Sequence record: NC_023610.1
DNA length: 64,000 bases
Reading direction: 5' to 3' (one strand)
The translations under genes and the position numbers were made by a program. Positions 26,888 to 34,840 of this stretch are shown one piece after another; the first letter of the stretch is position 1, and every line of letters begins with the position of its first letter. A model generated the notes under the pieces. It saw only the letters and a program-made list of their open reading frames with translations. It was not told the DNA's origin and made no database searches.

Positions 26888-27307
26888 TTAATTCTCCTTA
26901 GTTTCTTCCAGGTGTGCGGCAATAAGTTCGAGGTCGAAGGCATCTTTACGACGCCCCCAAACCTCTTTCGCACGAGCAATACTGTCCAGTGTCTGCACAT
27001 GGACGCCGTCAACCATTTCGGTATGGAAGCGGGTGTTGGTAATCTTCACACGGTAGTCGTCCCCTTCTGGTCCTACCGTGAAAGATAAGAATTGGGGGAA
27101 GCCGTGCACGTACTGCATGTTGGCACCAAAGCGCCACTCGAGTGAGTGCCAGACTTCCTCGTCCACTTGGATGTCGATGTCGGTACAATTGTCGCGCACC
27201 CCGTGGACGACTAACGCTGCTCCTGAGGTGAGCGCAAAGTTACCTAACGACCGCGGAAGCTGCTCAACGAATTGGTCCAGAGTTTCTAAAACTTGGTCAA
27301 TGTTCAT
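26888..27307 (-). CDS. Putative nucleotidyltransferase (Pol-beta superfamily-like)
   Basis: FALTSGAALVVHGVRDNCTDIDI motif (G..A...G.R...D.D) and C-terminal RRKDAFDL; RBS AAGGA before MNIDQ. Confidence 0.65.
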   Translation of the reverse strand: MNIDQVLETLDQFVEQLPRSLGNFALTSGAALVVHGVRDNCTDIDIQVDEEVWHSLEWRFGANMQYVHGFPQFLSFTVGPEGDDYRVKITNTRFHTEMVDGVHVQTLDSIARAKEVWGRRKDAFDLELIAAHLEETKEN

Positions 27308-27362
27308 CTTGGTTCCTTGCAGGTGTTGGTGTAATTGCGATTTAATTGGTTTGGTCACCCCA

Positions 27363-27373
27363 GTTATATAGAC
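27363..27373 (-). promoter_or_regulatory. Putative promoter GTCTATATAAC
   Basis: One mismatch to GTCTATATTAC. Confidence 0.45.
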
Positions 27374-27374
27374 T

Positions 27375-27884
27375 TTAAAACAGCTTAGACCAAGCAGCGT
27401 GAGCCTTGGTTTCCATCCCCATTAACATGTTCCGTAGCATTATGTCGCGCAATGCTGACGGGGGTCCGCCAACGGTGTAATACGAAATGGTGCCGTTCTC
27501 CATCTCACGCACCAACTCATGGTGGTGTTCGGGGTGAGTGAAGGACGTCTTCGATTCATTGTTACGGAAAGGGAACAGGTGCCAGGTCAGGCGATTTAAC
27601 CGCACCCGACTAACCTTCTGGAACGGCTGGTTATTAGGGTAACTCCCCAATGTCACCCGGTGACCCTTTTCGGGAACCAGTGTACCGTAAGTCAGCGGGT
27701 TTATCTTCGGGATGAACGGTGCCTCGTCGATGATGGTGAATACCCTTGTTTTAATCGGTTGTGGCTCAGGTGCTCCCGCGATATGGGCGCACCAGAAGTC
27801 CAAGCCTTCCGTAAGGAATTTGTGTTCACGACGCCCGGCTACCAGCAGGGCTTTCTTACTTGGGTCTTCGTAGTCATCTGACAT
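27375..27884 (-). CDS. Hypothetical protein
   Basis: 169 aa; TAATG overlap. Confidence 0.65.
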   Translation of the reverse strand: MSDDYEDPSKKALLVAGRREHKFLTEGLDFWCAHIAGAPEPQPIKTRVFTIIDEAPFIPKINPLTYGTLVPEKGHRVTLGSYPNNQPFQKVSRVRLNRLTWHLFPFRNNESKTSFTHPEHHHELVREMENGTISYYTVGGPPSALRDIMLRNMLMGMETKAHAAWSKLF

Positions 27885-28186
27885 TATTCATTCTCCTCAA
27901 TACCCAGCAACGGAGGCAAGGTGTTGGTTCGCTCCTCTTCCGTCAGCAGACGGTAGTGCTGGTCACCACCGCCCCAGTTACGTAACCCCTCCAAGGTCAG
28001 CAGGGCGTTATTCAGTTCGATGAATTCAGGGGTATAGACGTAATAGAGCTTACCCCCGTACATTTCCGTCGTGCGGTGTTTCCCCGCCGCAATCATCTTT
28101 GTTTTCTTTTCCTGAAGTTTCAGGTACTCCACGTCACTTTCAAAATCGCGGAGGATGAACGGGACAACCAGATGGTTAGCTATCAT
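27884..28186 (-). CDS. Hypothetical protein
   Basis: 100 aa; RBS AAGGA. Confidence 0.7.
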   Translation of the reverse strand: MIANHLVVPFILRDFESDVEYLKLQEKKTKMIAAGKHRTTEMYGGKLYYVYTPEFIELNNALLTLEGLRNWGGGDQHYRLLTEEERTNTLPPLLGIEENE

Positions 28187-28210
28187 GACACAATCCTTTT
28201 AGTTAAGGTT

Positions 28211-28240
28211 CTCACTTGAGTAATATAGACCTCAAGCGAG
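28211..28240 (-). promoter_or_regulatory. Putative promoter GTCTATATTAC embedded in a 10-bp inverted repeat
   Basis: CTCGCTTGAG-GTCTATATTA-CTCAAGTGAG. Confidence 0.55.
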
Positions 28241-30709
28241 TTGGGCTACTTTGTTGTAATCCGGATGGGATTTGTGCAGACCCACTTCCAGTACGTCGTG
28301 GAAAGGTAACGCACCCCATGCTGCTTCATGGTGGCTAATCAGGAACACTTGCGAGAAGACGTTATTCTCGATGAGTTCCTTGACGTAGTTCATGAGCCTG
28401 GTCTTGTGGGCCACTTCCAACGGCCGGTCAGTTTCATCCAGGAGTAATGGTGCCCCCTCCTGTCCCAGCTGTAACAACGCCACTACCTTGAAAGCGAAGT
28501 CGATGATTTCCACCTGGCCATCGGAACATTGGTTCACGTCCTTCGCCGGGTGACTGTCATCTTCGTTCACTACCACTGGGAACACGTACGTCAGTTCCGC
28601 ATTGTCATCGAACCCACACGGCATCACTTCCAGCGGTGTGGTCCAAATCTGGCGGATGATACTGTTCATCTCGTTGATGAAGTTATTGATGGCACCGGTC
28701 ATGTGTTTGGCAATCAGACCGTTTGCTGGCGACAGTCCTTCAATCGCAAACTTATACCCCGCAATCTTCTCCTCCTCCAGACGAATCTGTTCCATCGCAT
28801 CCTTAATGGCTTCGCGGTTAGTGTGGATATCGTTCAGCTCTTTGGTGAGCGTCCCAATCCACCCCTGTAAATCCTCGATAGCAATTTTACGGATACGGTT
28901 GAACATGGCTTCCAGTGCAACCTGAACATCTCCCCCTAATGCTTCCACCTGACCCGTCAGGCTGTCCACGTAGCGACTGTACGTATCGGCTTGTTCCAGA
29001 CGCGCCTGGTCGCGCTTAATCAATTCGTGGAGGTACACCCGAGCGTAGACCACGTCCTCAATTTGTTTACTGAGCTGTTCCATCCGTGCCCGTAACTGAC
29101 CAGTTCCCTTGATGTCCTTTTCCTGCAAGGTCAACAAGAGTTTCTCTTTGTCCGCGTGTTCACGGGAGAGTTTGGCGTATTGCGCATGGTGCTCTAAGTC
29201 AACCGCCAGGTTACCGGCAATCGACACCAGAAGCATCGGACTCTTCATGATGTCAGCGGCATGGAAGAGGGTGCTGAAGTACAACTTGAGACTAGGGTTC
29301 GACTGTTCGAAAGACATCACGCGTTCATACGCACGAATCCACTCGGTAATCTTCCCTTGTTGCTCCTCCAGCTCTACCAGACGCTTTCCGTAGGTCTCCC
29401 GTTGGGTTCGCATGGTTCCCAACTTCTCGGTGAGCACACGGGCCTCTGAGGCGCGTTTCTCTTCATTCGAGGAGTAACCACACTTCGGACATTTCGCGTC
29501 ATGTTCTTCATTGAGGTGGTGCAGCCGTGCCTCGGCTTGTGCAATCTCATTCTCCACCTTGGAGAGCAAGGAGCGACCACGAGACAACGACTGGTTCGTT
29601 TCGTGCAACGCGTTGGCGTTGTACTGATTATCGGCATTGACGGGCAGGTTGAACAATGCATCCTGAAGAGACGGAAGAATGGCGCTGATGGAATCCCACG
29701 CCGCTTCCGGGTTAGGGTACTCCATTCCCGGTTGGAACCAGGTGACATTACGGAAGCTCACCAACTGTTGTTCCAACCGACGAACTTCTTCTTCCAGGTT
29801 ATCCACGGAACCGTCACCGACCAACTGCTCGAGGGTGGTATTAAGAGAATCGTACTGTTCCTGATACGCTTTCTCTTTGGTGGCGTACTCCTGGTACTCC
29901 AGTTGCAGTCCACCCAGACGGTCCGTGTACATGTCACGGTTAGACGCATCGAGCGGCGCATCCGGAATTAACTTCTTCCCGTGCTCCAGTGCTTTATCCC
30001 CGATGGTCTCCAAACGCGCTACAATCGCTTCTAAGGCGTCGGCATGTTTGTCTTCAATATCAGGCCGGTACTCTTGCAGAAGCTCTGTAACCGTGTCCTG
30101 GTAGCCTTTAAGGCGTTGCTTGAGGACTTCGTGCTCCTCCTCGGAGATATCACGGGTCTGACGTTGAACCAAAGACTCTTCCAAGCCGCGTTTGTAACCG
30201 ACCGCATCACGCAACTTCCCCTTCAGGCGGTTGTAGACCTTATACGCAAACGTAACGTCTGTTCCGCCAATACGGGAGAACAACTCCTGACGTTTCGCAG
30301 GCCCCAGGCGTGTCAGACGGATTTCCCCGGTGAGGATTTCGTGAACGTCTTGGGTGTAGTTAAATTCCAGGGCGTACAAATCCCGCTGGACGGTACGGGT
30401 ACCGCCTTCGTTCAATTCCCGTCCGTTCTTTTTAAACGAGTAGCGCACGCCTTTACCTGCGGCTTCGGCGACTATTTCGTAGTCGGATTCATTTGCGTGT
30501 ATTTTTGTACGCATGAATCCTTGTTTATGAAAGTCCCCTGCCTCGGGGTTGTATGACGTCAGCATTTTGAGGAGTGTACTCTTACCTGAACCATTCTTTC
30601 CAACAATCACTTGATACGGAGATTGGGGACGGTAAAGGATGCGGCTGACAGCATTCAGCATCAGACGTTTGTTTTTCACTACCTCGGATTCGGTTATCCG
30701 GTAAGCCAT
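28232..30709 (-). CDS. sbcC: SbcC/Rad50-like SMC ATPase (phiKZ gp165-like)
   Basis: Walker A VGKNGSGKST; long coiled coil with CPKC zinc hook; signature CSDGQ; Walker B LLLDE; FLISH. Confidence 0.9.
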   Translation of the reverse strand: MAYRITESEVVKNKRLMLNAVSRILYRPQSPYQVIVGKNGSGKSTLLKMLTSYNPEAGDFHKQGFMRTKIHANESDYEIVAEAAGKGVRYSFKKNGRELNEGGTRTVQRDLYALEFNYTQDVHEILTGEIRLTRLGPAKRQELFSRIGGTDVTFAYKVYNRLKGKLRDAVGYKRGLEESLVQRQTRDISEEEHEVLKQRLKGYQDTVTELLQEYRPDIEDKHADALEAIVARLETIGDKALEHGKKLIPDAPLDASNRDMYTDRLGGLQLEYQEYATKEKAYQEQYDSLNTTLEQLVGDGSVDNLEEEVRRLEQQLVSFRNVTWFQPGMEYPNPEAAWDSISAILPSLQDALFNLPVNADNQYNANALHETNQSLSRGRSLLSKVENEIAQAEARLHHLNEEHDAKCPKCGYSSNEEKRASEARVLTEKLGTMRTQRETYGKRLVELEEQQGKITEWIRAYERVMSFEQSNPSLKLYFSTLFHAADIMKSPMLLVSIAGNLAVDLEHHAQYAKLSREHADKEKLLLTLQEKDIKGTGQLRARMEQLSKQIEDVVYARVYLHELIKRDQARLEQADTYSRYVDSLTGQVEALGGDVQVALEAMFNRIRKIAIEDLQGWIGTLTKELNDIHTNREAIKDAMEQIRLEEEKIAGYKFAIEGLSPANGLIAKHMTGAINNFINEMNSIIRQIWTTPLEVMPCGFDDNAELTYVFPVVVNEDDSHPAKDVNQCSDGQVEIIDFAFKVVALLQLGQEGAPLLLDETDRPLEVAHKTRLMNYVKELIENNVFSQVFLISHHEAAWGALPFHDVLEVGLHKSHPDYNKVAQLA

Positions 30710-30791
30710 TATTCTTATTCCTCGTGAGGCTAAAGTTAAGCGGTCTAACAGATACGCTTGCTATGTAAAAAATCATATTAGCGAGGACGTC

Positions 30792-31772
30792 ATGGCCAGC
30801 AAAGAAGATTCCTCTCCCTGGAGACTCTTTTGTATTGGGGTGGTGGCTGAGAACAAACCCCTCAGTACGAATAACATTCTCTTTACGCCTTTAGAGAAAA
30901 CCCCGCTGATGCAGGGTGACTTGATGGCGAATGCGCAGCAGATAAAAGTAGAAGGGACGGATGCCTCAGGGAACAAGTTCCAGGCCCAGGCAAACACCGA
31001 CGCTGCGATGGAAGCGACCTGGCTCCCGTCTGATGCAAACCGCGACACGGCCCCCGATGTGATGCGTGGGGAGAAAGTCTTCATCTATCGTTACGCCGAC
31101 GGCAAGACGTACTTCTGGCGAGAGATGAACACCGACCGTAAACTGCGCCGTGGGGAAACGATTCGTTGGTCTGCCTCTGCAACCCTTGACCCGAACGGTA
31201 CCGGGGAAGTCACCGAAGACACTCACTACCTCTTTGAACTCTCTGGACACACCGGGGCGATTAACCTACTCACCAGTCAGGCAAATGGTGAGAAGAGTCG
31301 TTACCAGTTTACCATTGATGGGAAAGGGGGTTTGATTCTCTTGGGGGATGGTGAAGGGAACCGCTTCAGTCTGGACACGGTTAACACGGTGGTACAGTTA
31401 ATGAACGCCATGGAAACGGTGCTTCAATTGAACCAACGTGACTTTCTTGTCGCGGCGGATGAAGATGGGGTGATGCAATTTGCCCGGATGTTAATCGACC
31501 TGAAACAGAACGGGACGATTCAAGCCAAAGACTTCATCAAGATTCTCGGTGGGAAACGTATCGAGTTAGAAGCTATCGACATCCTGTTAAACGGCATCCT
31601 GCACCTGAACGGTCCGATTGTTCAGGACGACGGTGTGGCAGGTGGTTACGTGGCGCAGATGAAGGGGCCGCTTACCGTGGAGAAAGAAGGCACGTTCAAC
31701 AACGTTACCGTTTCTGGTCACGACCACGACGAGACTGGCAGCAGAACCAAAAAACCCAACCAGGGAACATAA
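30792..31772 (+). CDS. Baseplate central spike / gpV-gp5-like protein
   Basis: N-terminal OB-fold-like region (APDVMRGEKVFIYRY), beta-repeat middle, C-terminal HDH metal-binding motif. Confidence 0.6.
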   Translation: MASKEDSSPWRLFCIGVVAENKPLSTNNILFTPLEKTPLMQGDLMANAQQIKVEGTDASGNKFQAQANTDAAMEATWLPSDANRDTAPDVMRGEKVFIYRYADGKTYFWREMNTDRKLRRGETIRWSASATLDPNGTGEVTEDTHYLFELSGHTGAINLLTSQANGEKSRYQFTIDGKGGLILLGDGEGNRFSLDTVNTVVQLMNAMETVLQLNQRDFLVAADEDGVMQFARMLIDLKQNGTIQAKDFIKILGGKRIELEAIDILLNGILHLNGPIVQDDGVAGGYVAQMKGPLTVEKEGTFNNVTVSGHDHDETGSRTKKPNQGT

Positions 31773-31776
31773 GAGC

Positions 31777-31812
31777 ACTCCTCCTGCCCCGAAAGGCAGG
31801 AGGAGGCTTTAT
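31777..31812. terminator. Bidirectional terminator
   Basis: CTCCTCCTGCC-CCGAAA-GGCAGGAGGAG. Confidence 0.8.
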
Positions 31813-31817
31813 GCTGC

Positions 31818-33638
31818 TTACACGCGGGAGATTAGCGTAGAGCCTTGTTTGGTGATGGTGATTTCACCGCTCATGCTCCAGTTGGTTCCACGACCGGTAT
31901 CGTTGTAGACCTTGATGTAGTTCCAGCGACCAACCCCAACAGCTGGCAGGTTGAATGGACCCACGTTCACGGTACCGGAGTTACGTCCGTTGTTACCGGT
32001 ATCTTTGTACATCACCTGCGCATCACCAATACCGTCACCGCCACTGTAGACGTAGAAGTATTGACGTTCACCGGAACCGCAGTACACGTTCAGACCAGAA
32101 AGCGTACGCGCGAAGTTTGCACCCGGAATACGGTAGATGGCCGTTGGTGTACGGATAGCTCCGCCCTGAGACCAACCAGGGAGCGTCTGGTTACCCGTCT
32201 GCCCCTCTGCTTCGTTCATCATGCGCGTCACCAGCAGTGAACCACCACGTGGTGTCAGGTAACGGTCAGAAGCCGTACCTGCTTGCGCTTCCGCATCGTT
32301 AGCCGTCAGGAAGTTATTGACGTTACCCAACCCAACCTGAGCTTTCGTCACGTTGTGTGGGTTGTCCTGACGGTTGGCGTGGGCGTTAATCAGTGGCACT
32401 GCCAGCACGTTAATCGCTTGTGCAGTACGCAGCGGTGTCATGTACGTGGCATTGTCCGCCCCGACTTGTGCCTGCGACTGACTGGCAATCCCGTAGTTCT
32501 GCACTGCACCCAAACCAACTTGTGCCGCCGTCACGCCGTGTGGGTTAGAGCGGTTGTTGATGTGGGCGTTCAACGGAATCAACGCCTGTTTCGAAACAGC
32601 CTGGGCTGTACGAAGAGGCGTCATGTACAGGACGTTACTGGTTCCGTTCTCAGCATCAAGCTGGGTGGCAATCCCGTAGTTCTCAACGGAGCCTAACCCG
32701 ACTTGCGCTTTGGTTGTCGCATGGGGGTTGTTCTTATCGTTGATGTGGGCTTGAATCACCGGGGTGATGTTGAGCGCGGTGTACTTGGCGATTTCCTGCC
32801 AGGTAGTCAGTGGCGTCATGTACAACGTAGACGAGGTGCCCGCTTCCGCTTCCGCCTGAGTAGCAGGACGGTAGTTTTCCACAATCCCTAAGCCAACCTG
32901 CGCCTTGGTGGTATTGTGGGGGTTGTTCTTGTCTGCGATGTGGGCGTTGAGGTTCGCTTCCACTTGCGCCAGGTGTTGCTCAATAGCCAGGCAACGAGCA
33001 TCCAGGCGATTGACGTTGGCGTACAGGTCAGCATCCACTGCATCGAGCCGTGCCACTTCATCCAACATCTGCTGACGAACACGGTTGATGTATTCGTAGA
33101 TAACGTTGTGCGAAGCGACGTCACCCTGAATCACCGCCCGCGTCAACTCTTCCAGCGCCAGCACCACGTACTCCAGGGAGTACAGGTCAGTGGCAGCATG
33201 TAAGTGCTTGCTCGGGTTGAAGGTCAGCGGTTTACCCCAGATGTTACCCCAGGAGACCACACGGTCGTCCTGCATCAAATCGTTCATCATTTTCACGATG
33301 GCGTCGATGCTGTAGGAGTAAGGTCCGCCCACAACCTGATACGTCAGCAACACGGTATCGTAGTCGCGGTTCACCAGGTTCAGGATGTTGTACACCGGTA
33401 AACCCAGGTTCTGGGTGGCTTCAACGTACGGGTAAATCAGGGTGTAGTCGGTACCGAGGTCGAGTTTCTTCCCACTGGCTTTGTCAGTAACGACCATGGA
33501 GTCGCCGTAGAACGGACCACCAAAGGGCTGAAACGCTCGGTTAAACTGTTTATCGACGGTGCGCTCTTCACCGATTACTCGGTTAGCCGCACTCTGCCCC
33601 GTTCTGTCCAACGGGTACTTGGGTTTGGTTAAGGCCAT
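31818..33638 (-). CDS. Tail fibre protein (phiKZ gp146-like) with NPH-x-x-T-x-AQVGL repeats
   Basis: MALTKPKYPLDRTG start; at least 4 repeats of ~55 aa (H...NPH.VTKAQVGLG.VENY..AT...A..G....YMTPL.T). Confidence 0.8.
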   Translation of the reverse strand: MALTKPKYPLDRTGQSAANRVIGEERTVDKQFNRAFQPFGGPFYGDSMVVTDKASGKKLDLGTDYTLIYPYVEATQNLGLPVYNILNLVNRDYDTVLLTYQVVGGPYSYSIDAIVKMMNDLMQDDRVVSWGNIWGKPLTFNPSKHLHAATDLYSLEYVVLALEELTRAVIQGDVASHNVIYEYINRVRQQMLDEVARLDAVDADLYANVNRLDARCLAIEQHLAQVEANLNAHIADKNNPHNTTKAQVGLGIVENYRPATQAEAEAGTSSTLYMTPLTTWQEIAKYTALNITPVIQAHINDKNNPHATTKAQVGLGSVENYGIATQLDAENGTSNVLYMTPLRTAQAVSKQALIPLNAHINNRSNPHGVTAAQVGLGAVQNYGIASQSQAQVGADNATYMTPLRTAQAINVLAVPLINAHANRQDNPHNVTKAQVGLGNVNNFLTANDAEAQAGTASDRYLTPRGGSLLVTRMMNEAEGQTGNQTLPGWSQGGAIRTPTAIYRIPGANFARTLSGLNVYCGSGERQYFYVYSGGDGIGDAQVMYKDTGNNGRNSGTVNVGPFNLPAVGVGRWNYIKVYNDTGRGTNWSMSGEITITKQGSTLISRV

Positions 33639-33701
33639 CGTAAGGCTCCCTTTGGGGTTACTTCAAGCGAATATAAAGCGGGTCAGTCTATAAAATGAGA
33701 C

Positions 33702-34796
33702 TTACGGCGGAGTGATGTTCGACAAGACACCGTCTTCCTTGGTGAAGTAGAGTTGCTTGTCCACGGTGGAACTGAACAGGCGACCCTGCGGCATCTCCAT
33801 GACGGCCTTTGGGTTACCCGCAGCATACTTGACCCAGGCACGGTTTTCGTACTTCCAGGTGGAGTTGTCACGGGCGTCGATAATCGGTTTATTGCTACCC
33901 GGTGACTGGAACACCTTGAAGGTAGCCTGTGGCTGACTGAATGCAATGTAACCAATCTTTGCCGGTTGCTGGAAGCGTTTCAGGTCAGCGCTGGTCAATG
34001 GGATGACCAAGGAGTTGGCTTCGCTGTACACAGTCGGTGAACCCACGTCAGAGGCCCAGATTTTAATCTGCGTTGCCGTACGTTCCACCTTCAGTCGCAC
34101 AGGTCCTGCTGTACCCCAACTTCCCTTCCCGCCGTTGGTGGTAATCCCTTCCGCAGGAATCACTGAACCATCCGCATGGTGCAGGGTACCGGTCACGCCA
34201 CCGATGTACTTCATGGTACCGGTCGGACTCGCCGGGTTCATTACCACGTACACCGGGTCAATACGGTAACTGGCGTCATGGGGGACAACCGTGGAGAAAG
34301 TGCGGTACACCATCAACGACATCGGGACACCGTTCTCTTCCAGATACGCCAGGCACAGACCGATAGCATCGTCATCCCCATCTGCACTGGACAATTCGAC
34401 TTCAAAGATGTAGCTGTCGTATTTGTCAGGCGACAAGAAGCCGGTGGTGTACACGGAGTTCACGGTGCAGACAATCGCATCGTTCGCTGAGTCGTAGTTC
34501 CACGCAGCGGCTTCGGTCGGGTCCGTCATCTTGTTGGTCCCGTTCAGTGAGATGCGCTCCCACTGGTTGAACACGGTTCCAAAGCTGGCACTCTTTTGGT
34601 CGTTAAGTTGAGCATCCGTGTTGACGATAGGATAAAAGTTTACCAGTGGTCCGGAAACTACGCTCGGCGTACCGTCCTCAACTTTGCTGAACAACGCATC
34701 ACCCTTACTCCAGTTAGGGCGGTCAAGGAGGTCGTAAATACCGGTATTCACCAACACCTTAAATTGCTGGTAAAATTCCCGCAAACTAATTTTCAT
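33702..34796 (-). CDS. Tail-fibre-associated protein with lectin/TSP-C-like beta domain
   Basis: WNYDSANDAIVCTVNS...GFLSPDKYDSYIFEVELSSADGDDDAIGL motif; located in the fibre cluster. Confidence 0.6.
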   Translation of the reverse strand: MKISLREFYQQFKVLVNTGIYDLLDRPNWSKGDALFSKVEDGTPSVVSGPLVNFYPIVNTDAQLNDQKSASFGTVFNQWERISLNGTNKMTDPTEAAAWNYDSANDAIVCTVNSVYTTGFLSPDKYDSYIFEVELSSADGDDDAIGLCLAYLEENGVPMSLMVYRTFSTVVPHDASYRIDPVYVVMNPASPTGTMKYIGGVTGTLHHADGSVIPAEGITTNGGKGSWGTAGPVRLKVERTATQIKIWASDVGSPTVYSEANSLVIPLTSADLKRFQQPAKIGYIAFSQPQATFKVFQSPGSNKPIIDARDNSTWKYENRAWVKYAAGNPKAVMEMPQGRLFSSTVDKQLYFTKEDGVLSNITPP

Positions 34797-34840
34797 CGCA
34801 ACACCCTTCTAAATTGGTCTCCGTCCGTGGAGAAGAGTCC

